Shown here in pieces: positions 1 through 13,171 of a stretch of DNA of 64,000 nucleotides. The stretch's first letter is position 1. Each line of letters opens with the position of its first letter. The notes beneath the pieces are model-generated. The model saw only the letters and a program-made list of their open reading frames with translations, searched no databases and was not told the origin of the DNA. A program made the translations under genes and the position numbers. The DNA comes from Lingula anatina. Taxonomy: Eukaryota; Animalia; Brachiopoda. The stretch covers positions 1,426,001 to 1,490,000 of the forward strand of contig CM120645.1 of the NCBI GenBank assembly GCA_051362555.1. The letters run 5' to 3'.

Positions 1-832
1 CCTAGTGATAAATAGAAGACAAGTTCGAATTTTTTTGTGCCGAGTTCAGGATCTCTCAAGTATTGCAAGAACTGATTGAGGATAAAAAGAATCAGAGCTT
101 AAATAATCCATCACAATTAAACAAAGAACCCTGGGATCTATCAAGTAAGAGACGCGACGGCGCCTCTTAGGATGCTTTAGCGCAAGTACTCGTGACCCTT
201 GCCCCGTCTCTTAAAGCTAAGTAAAATTTCAGTAGTGTCATATAGGTATATGTTTTATTTTAATAGCATAAGTAATGGCCACATTAAAAAAGGATGGGGG
301 TTGACTGGAGAAAAATAGCAGTGGGAATAAAGCTGGTTGGACATATGCGACTCGTTGTTTGCCTCTACTCGATAGACGAACAGAATATTGAACCTTACGC
401 AGTGTGTAATGACAGAGAGATCTCTGTAATTGCCCTCAGTTGTTTACTTCTGAAAACCACTAGAGCAAACAGTGAAATTTAGTACAATTGAGAACTATGA
501 TTTAGCTAGTCAAAATTCTAATTTCAAGAGGGGGATATTGGTGTGACATATTTTTCAGACAGCTGTAATAGGTGTCGGTGTACAGTGGTAATAGCTAGTC
601 CACTATAAGTGCAACATACAAGTCTCAAAGCTGGCTGGAAACCCTTTAAAACTTTTAGTTGTTTGTTTGTTTACATTGTATATAATGGAGTACTATCTTG
701 AGTTTAAATAACTATGAATATTCTTATTTTTATCATTACTAATACTATCCGACTGTGCTATTATGTCAATGTATTTATACAACTCTTCATGGATTGCCAA
801 ATCATTTAATTAGAGATCATTATAATTCCATA

Positions 833-839
<7 letters not shown>

Positions 840-902
<63 letters not shown>

Positions 903-905
903 TAT
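840..905. repeat. (TA)n microsatellite
   Basis: Seen directly; the mirror copy at about 13077-13164 is longer. Confidence 0.97.
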
Positions 906-1999
906 GAAGGGATTTTTAAGTCTTTTTTTTACTTTATTTTCGTGTTATGTACGATTCACCTTCCTTTTCGAAGAATTCACCGCACATGACAAAACATGGT
1001 TTCTAATTGGATCACCAAGATCAACAGGTTGTCAGCTTGTTATCGACTTGTTAAGGGGTAAATTAGCTGTCTGGCGGGAGAAGTGCGCACGGTACCCGTG
1101 GGTGACGTGCTACGAAATCATTAGTGCTATATATGTATGGTGATAACAAGTTTTCTGTGAAGAAAAATGTCGGAAATATCTCAAACTTTTGACGCGTGTT
1201 TACCTACTACTTGTACAGCGGTCGTGCTTGTGTGGATAATGATCTACGAAAAATAAGTTTGAGTTTCGAAACAGAAATGTCGGCAACATTTCTGCAGTAA
1301 TTCTTATGAATATTGATTGGAAACGTGCAAATTCAGCTCCATCAACCACTTTACCATTTTCGACACCTGCAAAATTTAATTCTAAGTCAGCAACATTGTA
1401 GAATACAATCAGTTGTTATTAAGATATATGCCTTTTTTATTTTTGATCTGACAATATTTATACAGTAATGATCACTGTCACCTCCATCAATTAAAGAATC
1501 TTAAAACAAAAACTTAAGAAACCCCACCAAAGTAACGAATTATGAAACAAAATCTCCCAATTTAAATGTATACTAATACTCTCAAAAATTTGCATATGCA
1601 TCTTAATTCGAAAATTCAAATTAATTACAATTAAATCGAGGACCCAAAATATAGATCCTAGATTTAATCTACGATAATGTATACTAAGTCAGCTCTGACG
1701 AGTCTTGTACATGACATGAGGTTCATTTTGTGAGTTCTGCAAATACATTTTAGTTTGTTTTTTTACTTATCATCAAGATGCTCTTTATCGACGACTTGTG
1801 TGAAGTTGAAATACTGGGATTTTCACATTACATGATAAATATGTATTTGAACTCACAAAACAAAACCACTGGAATTTAAAGTAAAAAAATTGAAATAGAA
1901 ATGTAGATAACATTTAATTATTGATTATATATTGACGTTATGATGGTTTATGGTATCTGACCACAACTGTTTTCATCTTTTGTTTTATGTTTGATCCAT

Positions 2000-2000
2000 A

Positions 2001-2045
<45 letters not shown>
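2000..2045. repeat. (AAT)n microsatellite
   Basis: Seen directly; mirrored as (ATT)n at about 11937-11981. Confidence 0.95.
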
Positions 2046-3693
2046 TCTTGAGATTTATGGATTATAAGTAATGAAGTTTTTAAGTGTTTGGTCTTTTCTT
2101 CTATTATCACATTACTAACAAATTTCTATCCTTTTCAAAGATATCACCGTACATGACAAACCATCACCATACCGTTCATCACTAACGTCTTTGTGACTTA
2201 GGTGTGATTTCCAGAAAGGCTGTCTAAGGTTTCCAAAAGGTTATACAAGTCAAGTAGCAATCAAAGTGCTCTCATCCTCGATATACTGGTCATTAATTCC
2301 ACGAACCCTATTATTTTGATCGTGTTAGGTTGTGCTGGAAGTTTTGACGTTAAAATAATCAGAAAGTTAAACAGGCTGGTCATTTTGACGCAGACGTGAG
2401 CTGACGCGAGTGAGCAAAGAACAAGTGGATCTTCAAAGTGCATGGTAAGATAATAATTGTTTCTTTCGGTGTATTGAAATACAAGTAGAATTAGGGGGCA
2501 TGCGACATGAGGGTGTGTCGATGTCGCTTGAATGTGTAAAATTGCGCTTATTTTCAGTCAACTTTTTTCAAGTAAGTTGCTGCATTGATCAACAGCGTGA
2601 AAGAGCACGTCACGGAGACCAGTTTCTTGAAAGAGTGTACAAAACGGTGTCACTTGCATTTTTTAAATTTAAACAGTGTTATATGCCCATATCTAATTAT
2701 TATCTGTCGTTTAATGGTGTGTGATACAATCATAACGGTGTTGAAATTTTAAAGGGACCTTTTAAAAACCATGAAGTAGTTTGCACCTATTAGCTGAGTC
2801 GTAATGAACCACGTACGTGGTGTTATGGGTCACGTATTTTTTATATTATTTTGACCAGTTTTTAGATTTTTATTGTCAAGTAGACCTATATTGCACATAA
2901 TATCAAACTAGTAGACCTACGGCACCGTGTCGCGCGCTAACACCAAAATACAGTAGGAATGAATTTAAAACTACAGAGATCCTATCAAATTCAGTGGTGA
3001 GGCTGTTTAACAAGTCTGTAATTACAAACTTTTGGGTGTTGAATTTAACTCTAGACTTACCTGGAATGAAAACATCCCGAAGGTTTTTTTTTTAAAAAAA
3101 GAAAAAAAGCTACGAAGCGCATGCACCTTCTAAGGATTTTTAAAGCTTTTGTCAGGAATATGTCCATTTTAACGAATTTATACAGGTGTACGTTTTTTAC
3201 AGAAATTATTCTAAGTGATGCTTTAGTCTTATGACATGGGCGTGTCACTGTAGAGAAAAAAAGCAGGGAAGTTACAAGTCTAATTGACGTGCGTGAGACA
3301 TATCATATGTTCGTTACCCGTAGTTTGGTATAGTTAGTTGGTCTTCTTGATATTTATAAGGCACCGTATACAAGTACCGGTACATGTACCACCTTAATGT
3401 CAGTGAGTATAAAAACTCACCTAAGTCTGATAAAGAACTAAGTCCGGGTTGACCTCAAGCTAACGGTATGGAAAATATTCTCAGCTTGTGTTAAATAATT
3501 ATCATATAAGTACAAATGTACACGTATCTTAATACGGTGGATTCGAATGAATTCTCGATTAAGTCTAAAGATGAGTGTCTGCGACAAGTGTATATTAATA
3601 AGCTGCTCGAAAACCCACATTGCTGCGCTCTAGCAGGGCTTAGGTGAGGTATTTCAAAATTTGATACATACATGTACCACAATATTTAATTTA

Positions 3694-3950
3694 GGCTGCG
3701 TTCACATGAAAAATCTATTTTCTAAAAATCTAAAAATCTATTTGCGGTATCTTGTGATCATGGTCTGTGCCCTGAATACCCCGCGGCGTAATTACTGGCA
3801 GCGCCGAGAATTAATTACAGCTTTGGAAATAACTGGCTAGCGCTGTCCGTAATTATGCCGTGGGGTATTCAGGGCACAGACCATGAACACAAGATACCGC
3901 AAATAGATTTTTAGATTTTTAGAAAATAAATTTTTCATGTGAACGCAGCC
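3694..3950. mobile_element. PIF/Harbinger-type MITE
   Basis: About 100-bp terminal inverted repeats starting GGCTGCGTTCACATG, flanked by TTA at 3691-3693 and 3951-3953. A 3-bp TWA TSD is the PIF/Harbinger hallmark. Confidence 0.85.
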
Positions 3951-5256
3951 TTAGTGAACCTTCTGTACTATGAGAATATTTGCCTGGGGTTTCAGAAATG
4001 ATGTCATCACCATATATGGTCTAAGATAATTTAAGAGAATAATCCAGTAATTTACCACAGTACAATATAGCCACTGAATGTAATCTTATCTGATGTTTGG
4101 CTGTTGTTCTTGATTACTTCCTTAATTTCCTTGAAATTCTTTAAAATTTTGGCAAACCTTAAAACTCGCTCTCTCCGTATCTAATAATCGTTTATTGTAT
4201 ATACCTATTTTATTCTCAATTTCCGACATTTCTTGATTTTTAATCGGCGCGTTTCTTTTCTTTGTTGAAGAATTACATTTCTGTGAGAAAATGCCTTCAT
4301 GGCCACCAGACAATCATTCAACAATCTCTTTACAAAGGTGTACTGTTTTTAGCCAACTCAGTTCATGGCAAAAAGCTCACCCTCCCTTAGGGAGCTATCC
4401 CCCAGGCTGTTATCAGGTTATTGTTTACCCTGACTGTTTGAAATGAAGTCCAATTGGAGTGTTGTGTTGAAAAAATGACTGTACTTATGGCAAAATGAAC
4501 CCACAATTTCTGACTTCTGATTGAGCAATAAATAACAGTTAAAATGCACCAGAATGCAGTATTATACATACAGTTTTTAAAATTTTTCCACACCGTGGGA
4601 GGGGGAAACCCCTTCCCACACCCTCCCCCCTCGGGGGCTTCGACCCCTCGTGTCCGCTTACTGCCCCCCCCCCCTGGCATTTTGTTCAGGCTACGGCCCT
4701 AATTAAGATGAATATTCATCAGTTCTGTAAGTTCAAAGCCAAAAAGTAAAATGGTTTTCCACTTATCGTGTTATCCATGAAAGTACTCAGCGACCACGAC
4801 GTAGACGGCGACGACAGACGCATGTAATAGCTGTGTCTGTACGTAAAAAGTACAAACGTCGTATTCCTATTGAAATTCCATTTTCCATCCACATCTTGAA
4901 GGGTTTAAAGTCCCAATCAATAAGATGACAGCCACCCTTGATTATCATTTTTCGACTTGTGAAAAACTTAAACAATATACCGATTATTCCATTAGGCAAC
5001 TGTCACCATAACAAGACCCAAGACGCCTTTTCTTTTTTCCTACTTACAGGTAGAACAGTATTTTTGTCAAGAGAGCCAACGAAGAACTCAACACTACTGA
5101 GTAACAGATAGCGGTATTAATGTGAACTATGTTAAGAAGCGTGGCAGCAGTATAAAAGGCAACACGCGGTCTGCTCTGCGTTACTTGTAAGTGCCACTGC
5201 TGCTATTTATTTATTTATTTATATATTTATTTTATTTTATTTCATTTTAAAGAAAG

Positions 5257-5971
5257 ATGGAGATCGTCCACCTGACTTTATGTGGGCTGATATTTCTTCA
5301 CACAACGCTAGAAAAAGGTCAATCCACTGGAATCACTCAAGATTCAACTAATCTGGGGATTTGGGCGCCTGAGAGACTGCGCAGGGAGTCGCCGTTTGCT
5401 TGGGATACAACACCAGAAGTAACTACCAAAGACGTGATGCAAGAGGCAACCACACAAGAGTCGCCCACTACTGAGGGGGGAATGAACGTGGAAGCCACAC
5501 TAGAGTCGCCCACTACTGAGGGTGGAATGAACGTGGAAGCCACACTAGAGTCGCCCACTAATGAGGGTGGAATGCACGTGAAAGCCACACAAGAGTCGCC
5601 CACTTCTGATGGTGGAATGACCGTGGACGTCACACAAGAGACACACACTACTGAGGGGGGGAATGCACGTGGACGTCACACAAGAGACACACACTACTGA
5701 GGGTGGAATGCCCGTGGACGTCACACAAGATTCGCCCACAACTGAGGTGGGAATGCACGTGGAAGCCACACTAGAGTCGCCCACTTCTGATGGTGGAATG
5801 AACGTGCAAGCCACACTAGAGTCGCCCACTACTGATGGTGGAATACCCGTGGATGTCACACAAGAGGCGCCCACTACTGAGGGTGGAATGAATGTGGAAG
5901 CCACACTAGAGTCGCCCACTACCGAGAGGGGAATGAACGTGGAAACCACACTACAGTCGCCCACTAGGTAG
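5257..5971 (+). pseudogene. Inverted, truncated duplicate of the 5' part of the mucin-repeat receptor gene
   Basis: Same N-terminus MEIVHLTLCGLIFLH as 8713-, same +1 G frameshift at 5655-5661, 9 fewer repeat units, and a stop just past the 5965/5966 junction. Confidence 0.85.
5450..5965 (+). repeat. 45-bp coding tandem repeat (ESPTTEGGMNVEATL-type), about 11 units
   Basis: tcgcccactactgag recurs with a 45-bp period (5461, 5506, ...). Confidence 0.95.
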
Positions 5972-8713
5972 TAGTTCTTGTTACTGTTCTCAAAACCGCT
6001 CAAGACAACAGGGTTGTTGTACGCCATACAGGCATCTCGTAAAGCTGAGTGCAGGGGGAGTGGACGAGGTACACGACGCACGCTTCCATTGACAACACTG
6101 AACTTGCAAGGACCGAAGACATCGTCCTCAACTTCCCTGAAGCATGTTCTTAAATTCCATTCCGGTTTTGGCTCGAAAATAACATTACATCCTTCATCTT
6201 TTAGTTTTTTTAACACGCAGTCCGAGGAGCTGCAATTTGCAATGAAGTCTAATGGTACGTTTCTAGTGGAATAGACGGCGAGTTCCCATGGTTCCCCGCC
6301 GCCCTTGATACCATTACAAGCTGCACAGTACTTGTTTCTGAAGGTGATCATTGTATCTGGGTTGGTGACTGGCTGGTACAAGAGCACGTCTTCTGTGAGG
6401 CTAGTATTGGAGATATCAGTACACTTGATACGACTATCTTTTTCTTGCCAAGACGAAGGGCACCGGTCCACCATCCAATACTGCAGTCCAAGGGTGTCCA
6501 AATAGGGTAATGTGCTTTGTCGTTTTTTTCGATGTAATGTTGGACTTCTTCTACAGGAACTTTTATGTGCCAGGGAAATAGACACAGTGTCTGCTTGTTT
6601 TTCCCCCCTTATCGAAGATGTTTTGTTAGGGGATGCAGTCGAGTTGGTGCTGTCACTTTGAGTTTTTGTGACGTTGGTTCCAGGAAACGTTGCAGATTGC
6701 ATTGGGCCGTGTGTCCTTGTTAACCTGACAGAAGCAGCGCAGACAGCTGCATTTTCTGTCACCCCATAACAGCAGTCACCATACAGGACACACACAGGAT
6801 CGCAGTAGCAGTGGAGCTGGATGCTGTATTTACCTTCCCTTGCACAGAGCCATCTATACGGCGTCAGAGTCACGTCTGGGAAAGAAGATGTTTCACTGCT
6901 GTTGTTATATATTTCTCGAAATGTATCCTCTTGACTGGATGGCTGCGTGACGTGCATTCCCCCCTCGGTAGTGGGCGACTCTAGTGTGACTTCCACGTTC
7001 ATTCCCCCCTCGGTAGTGGGCGACTCTAGTGTGATTTCCACGTTCATTCCCCCCTCGGTAGTGGGCGACTCTAGTGTGGCTTCCACGTGCATTCCCACCT
7101 CAGTTGTGGGCGAATCTTGTGTGACGTCCACGGGCATTCCACCCTCAGTAGTGGGCGAATCTTGTGTGACGTCCACGTTCATTCCACCCTCAGGCGTGGG
7201 CGACTCTAGTATGACTTCCACGTTCATTCCCCCCTCAGTAGTTGGCGACTCTAGTGTGGCTTCCACGTTCATTCCCCCCTCAGAAGCGGGCGACTCTAGT
7301 GTGACTTCCACGTTCATTCCCCCCTCGGTAGTGGGCGACTCTAGTGTGATTTCCACGTTCATTCCCCCCTCGGTAGTGGGCGACTCTAGTGTGGCTTCCA
7401 CGTGCATTCCCACCTCAGTTGTGGGCGAATCTTGTGTGACGTCCACGGGCATTCCACCCTCAGTAGTGGGCGAATCTTGTGTGACGTCCACGTTCATTCC
7501 ACCCTCAGGCGTGGGCGACTCTAGTGTTACTTCCACGTTCATTCCCCCCTCAATAGTTGGCGACTCTAGTGTGGCTTCCACGTTCATTCCCCCCTCAGAA
7601 GTGGGCGACTGTAGTGTGGTTTCCACGTTCATTCCCCTCTCGGTAGTGGGCGACTCTAGTGTGGCTTCCACATTCATTCCACCCTCAGTAGTGGGCGCCT
7701 CTTGTGTGACATCCACGGGTATTCCACCATCAGTAGTGGGCGACTCTAGTGTGGCTTGCACGTTCATTCCACCATCAGAAGTGGGCGACTCTAGTGTGGC
7801 TTCCACGTGCATTCCCACCTCAGTTGTGGGCGAATCTTGTGTGACGTCCACGGGCATTCCACCCTCAGTAGTGTGTGTCTCTTGTGTGACGTCCACGTGC
7901 ATTCCCCCCCTCAGTAGTGTGTGTCTCTTGTGTGACGTCCACGGTCATTCCACCATCAGAAGTGGGCGACTCTTGTGTGGCTTTCACGTTCATTCCACCA
8001 TCAGTAGTGGGCGACTCTGGTGTGGCTTCCACATTCATTCCACCATCAGTAGTGGGCGACTCTAGTGTGGCTTCCACGTTCATTCCACCATCAGTAGTGG
8101 GTGAATCTAGTGTGGCTTCCACGTTCATTCCCCCCTCAGTAGTGTGTGTCTCTTGTGTGACGTCCACGTTCATTCCACCCTTACTAGTGGGCGACTCTAG
8201 TGTGGCTTCCACATTCATTCCACCCTCAGTAGTGGGCGACTCTAGTGTGGCTTCCACATTCATTCCACCCTCATTAGTGGGCGACTCTAGTGTGGCTTCC
8301 ACGTTCATTCCACCCTCAGTAGTGGGCGACTCTAGTGTGGCTTCCACGTTCATTCCAGCCTCAGTAGTGGGCGACTCTAGTGTGGCTTTCACGTGCATTC
8401 CACCCTCATTAGTGGGCGACTCTAGTGTGGCTTTCACGTTCATTCCACCCTCAGTAGTGGGCGACTCTAGTGTGGCTTCCACGTTCATTCCCCCCTCAGT
8501 AGTGGGCGACTCTTGTGTGGTTGCCTCTTGCATCACGTCTTTGGTAGTTACTTCTGGTGTTGTATCCCAAGCAAACGGCGACTCCCTGCGCAGTCTCTCA
8601 GGCGCCCAAATCCCCAGATTAGTTGAATCTTGAGTGATTCCAGTGGATTGACCTTTTTCTAGCGTTGTGTGAAGAAATATCAGCCCACATAAAGTCAGGT
8701 GGACGATCTCCAT
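5966..8713 (-). pseudogene. Secreted mucin-repeat + somatomedin-B-like + Cys-rich ectodomain, probably an adhesion/class-B GPCR-type receptor; frameshifted and 3'-truncated (no 7TM in the window)
   Basis: Signal-peptide-like start, T/S/P/E-rich 15-aa repeats, SMB-like CYCDPVCVLYGDCC (about 6770-6815), RKKR furin-like site, and the motif PVT..FRNKYCAACN seen in invertebrate GPCR ectodomains. ORFs 7865..8713 and 5545..7902 are joined by a C7 run at 7904-7910. The coding sequence is cut at 5966. Family assignment is inference. Confidence 0.72.
6947..8520 (-). repeat. 45-bp coding tandem array, about 35 units, with a 315-bp (7-unit) higher-order duplication
   Basis: 45-bp period; diagnostic variant units recur at 7141 and 7456. 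Confidence 0.93.
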
Positions 8714-11700
8714 CTTTCTTTAAAATGAAATAAAATAAAATAAATATATAAATAAATAAATAAATAAATAAATAGCAGCAGTGGCACTTACAAGTAACGC
8801 AGAGCAGACCGCGTGTTGCCTTTTATACTGCTGCCACGCTTCTTAACATAGTTCACATTAATACCGCTATCTGTTACTCAGTAGTGTTGAGTTCTTCGTT
8901 GGCTCTCTTGACAAAAATACTGTTCTACCTGTAAGTAGGAAAAAAGAAAAGGCGTCTTGGGTCTTGTTATGGTGACAGTTGCCTAATGGAATAATCGGTA
9001 TATTGTTTAAGTTTTTCACAAGTCGAAAAATGATAATCAAGGGTGGCTGTCATCTTATTGATTGGGACTTTAAACCCTTCAAGATGTGGATGGAAAATGG
9101 AATTTCAATAGGAATACGACGTTTGTACTTTTTACGTACAGACACAGCTATTACATGCGTCTGTCGTCGCCGTCTACGTCGTGGTCGCTGAGTACTTTCA
9201 TGGATAACACGATAAGTGGAAAACCATTTTACTTTTTGGCTTTGAACTTACAGAACTGATGAATATTCATCTTAATTAGGGCCGTAGCCTGAACAAAATG
9301 CCAGGGGGGGGGGGGGGGCAGTAAGCGGACACGAGGGGTCGAAGCCCCCGAGGGGGGAGGGTGTGGGAAGGGGTTTCCCCCTCCCACGGTGTGGAAAAAT
9401 TTTAAAAACTGTATGTATAATACTGCATTCTGGTGCATTTTAACTGTTATTTATTGCTCAATCAGAAGTCAGAAATTGTGGGTTCATTTTGCCATAAGTA
9501 CAGTCATTTTTTCAACACAACACTCCAATTGGACTTCATTTCAAACAGTCAGGGTAAACAATAACCTGATAACAGCCTGGGGGATAGCTCCCTAAGGGAG
9601 GGTGAGCTTTTTGCCATGAACTGAGTTGGCTAAAAACAGTACACCTTTGTAAAGAGATTGTTGAATGATTGTCTGGTGGCCATGAGTGCATTTTCTCACA
9701 GAAATGTAATTCTTCAACAAAGAAAAGAAACGCGCCGATTAAAAATCAAGAAATGTCGGAAATTGAGAATAAAATAGGTATATACAATAAACGATTATTA
9801 GATACGGAGAGAGCGAGTTTTAAGGTTTGCCAAAATTTTAAAGAATTTCAAGGAAATTAAGGAAGTAATCAAGAACAACAGCCAAACATCAGATAAGATT
9901 ACATTCAGTGGCTATATTGTACTGTGGTTAATTACTGGATTATTCTCTTAAATTATCTTAGACCATATATGGTGATGACATCATTTCTGAAACCCCAGGC
10001 AAATATTCTCATAGTACAGAAGGTTCACTAAGGCTGCGTTCACATGAAAAATTTATTTTCTAAAAATCTAAAAATCTATTTGCGGTATCTTGTGTTCATG
10101 GTCTGTGCCCTGAATACCCCACGGCATAATTACGGACAGCGCTAGCCAGTTATTTCCAAAGCTGTAATTAATTCTCGGCGCTGCCAGTAATTACGCCGCG
10201 GGGTATTCAGGGCACAGACCATGATCACAAGATACCGCAAATAGATTTTTAGATTTTTAGAAAATAGATTTTTCATGTGAACGCAGCCTAAATTAAATAT
10301 TGTGGTACATGTATGTATCAAATTTTGAAATACCTCACCTAAGCCCTGCTAGAGCGCAGCAATGTGGGTTTTCGAGCAGCTTATTAATATACACTTGTCG
10401 CAGACACTCATCTTTAGACTTAATCGAGAATTCATTCGAATCCACCGTATTAAGATACGTGTACATTTGTACTTATATGATAATTATTTAACACAAGCTG
10501 AGAATATTTTCCATACCGTTAGCTTGAGGTCAACCCGGACTTAGTTCTTTATCAGACTTAGGTGAGTTTTTATACTCACTGACATTAAGGTGGTACATGT
10601 ACCGGTACTTGTATACGGTGCCTTATAAATATCAGGAAGACCAACTAACTATACCAAACTACGGGTAACGAACATATGATATGTCTCACGCACGTCAATT
10701 AGACTTGTAACTTCCCTGCTTTTTTTCTCTACAGTGACACGCCCATGTCATAAGACTAAAGCATCACTTAGAATAATTTCTGTAAAAAACGTACACCTGT
10801 ATAAATTCGTTAAAATGGACATATTCCTGACAAAAGCTTTAAAAATCCTTAGAAGGTGCATGCGCTTCGTAGCTTTTTTTCTTTTTTTAAAAAAAAAACC
10901 TTCGGGATGTTTTCATTCCAGGTAAGTCTAGAGTTAAATTCAACACCCAAAAGTTTGTAATTACAGACTTGTTAAACAGCCTCACCACTGAATTTGATAG
11001 GATCTCTGTAGTTTTAAATTCATTCCTACTGTATTTTGGTGTTAGCGCGCGACACGGTGCCGTAGGTCTACTAGTTTGATATTATGTGCAATATAGGTCT
11101 ACTTGACAATAAAAATCTAAAAACTGGTCAAAATAATATAAAAAATACGTGACCCATAACACCACGTACGTGGTTCATTACGACTCAGCTAATAGGTGCA
11201 AACTACTTCATGGTTTTTAAAAGGTCCCTTTAAAATTTCAACACCGTTATGATTGTATCACACACCATTAAACGACAGATAATAATTAGATATGGGCATA
11301 TAACACTGTTTAAATTTAAAAAATGCAAGTGACACCGTTTTGTACACTCTTTCAAGAAACTGGTCTCCGTGACGTGCTCTTTCACGCTGTTGATCAATGC
11401 AGCAACTTACTTGAAAAAAGTTGACTGAAAATAAGCGCAATTTTACACATTCAAGCGACATCGACACACCCTCATGTCGCATGCCCCCTAATTCTACTTG
11501 TATTTCAATACACCGAAAGAAACAATTATTATCTTACCATGCACTTTGAAGATCCACTTGTTCTTTGCTCACTCGCGTCAGCTCACGTCTGCGTCAAAAT
11601 GACCAGCCTGTTTAACTTTCTGATTATTTTAACGTCAAAACTTCCAGCACAACCTAACACGATCAAAATAATAGGGTTCGTGGAATTAATGACCAGTATA

Positions 11701-11936
11701 TCGAGGATGAGAGCACTTTGATTGCTACTTGACTTGTATAACCTTTTGGAAACCTTAGACAGCCTTTCTGGAAATCACACCTAAGTCACAAAGACGTTAG
11801 TGATGAACGGTATGGTGATGGTTTGTCATGTACGGTGATATCTTTGAAAAGGATAGAAATTTGTTAGTAATGTGATAATAGAAGAAAAGACCAAACACTT
11901 AAAAACTTCATTACTTATAATCCATAAATCTCAAGA

Positions 11937-11981
<45 letters not shown>

Positions 11982-13073
11982 TATGGATCAAACATAAAAC
12001 AAAAGATGAAAACAGTTGTGGTCAGATACCATAAACCATCATAACGTCAATATATAATCAATAATTAAATGTTATCTACATTTCTATTTCAATTTTTTTA
12101 CTTTAAATTCCAGTGGTTTTGTTTTGTGAGTTCAAATACATATTTATCATGTAATGTGAAAATCCCAGTATTTCAACTTCACACAAGTCGTCGATAAAGA
12201 GCATCTTGATGATAAGTAAAAAAACAAACTAAAATGTATTTGCAGAACTCACAAAATGAACCTCATGTCATGTACAAGACTCGTCAGAGCTGACTTAGTA
12301 TACATTATCGTAGATTAAATCTAGGATCTATATTTTGGGTCCTCGATTTAATTGTAATTAATTTGAATTTTCGAATTAAGATGCATATGCAAATTTTTGA
12401 GAGTATTAGTATACATTTAAATTGGGAGATTTTGTTTCATAATTCGTTACTTTGGTGGGGTTTCTTAAGTTTTTGTTTTAAGATTCTTTAATTGATGGAG
12501 GTGACAGTGATCATTACTGTATAAATATTGTCAGATCAAAAATAAAAAAGGCATATATCTTAATAACAACTGATTGTATTCTACAATGTTGCTGACTTAG
12601 AATTAAATTTTGCAGGTGTCGAAAATGGTAAAGTGGTTGATGGAGCTGAATTTGCACGTTTCCAATCAATATTCATAAGAATTACTGCAGAAATGTTGCC
12701 GACATTTCTGTTTCGAAACTCAAACTTATTTTTCGTAGATCATTATCCACACAAGCACGACCGCTGTACAAGTAGTAGGTAAACACGCGTCAAAAGTTTG
12801 AGATATTTCCGACATTTTTCTTCACAGAAAACTTGTTATCACCATACATATATAGCACTAATGATTTCGTAGCACGTCACCCACGGGTACCGTGCGCACT
12901 TCTCCCGCCAGACAGCTAATTTACCCCTTAACAAGTCGATAACAAGCTGACAACCTGTTGATCTTGGTGATCCAATTAGAAACCATGTTTTGTCATGTGC
13001 GGTGAATTCTTCGAAAAGGAAGGTGAATCGTACATAACACGAAAATAAAGTAAAAAAAAGACTTAAAAATCCC

Positions 13074-13171
<98 letters not shown>

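Larger units (their letters stand above)
1..5965. repeat. Left arm of a large fold-back inverted duplication (probably continues beyond the window start)
   Basis: Reverse complement of 7600-14003. Position 1 cctagtgataaatagaagac pairs with 13984-14003, and the ORF track is mirrored (294..482+ = 13522..13710-, 5257+ = 8713-). Confidence 0.98.

Noticed and set aside
5545-7902. 785-aa ORF as a complete gene
   Set aside because: It starts after a frameshift and crosses the inversion junction, so it is chimeric.
5450-8520. Regular repeat array as a possible CRISPR
   Set aside because: Units are contiguous 45-bp coding repeats with no unique spacers, there are no cas genes, and the context is eukaryotic.
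6947-8633. Long plus-strand ORFs 6947..8065 and 7917..8633 (and 5337..5648 minus)
   Set aside because: Antisense frames of the mucin repeat, open only because the unit lacks a stop in that frame.
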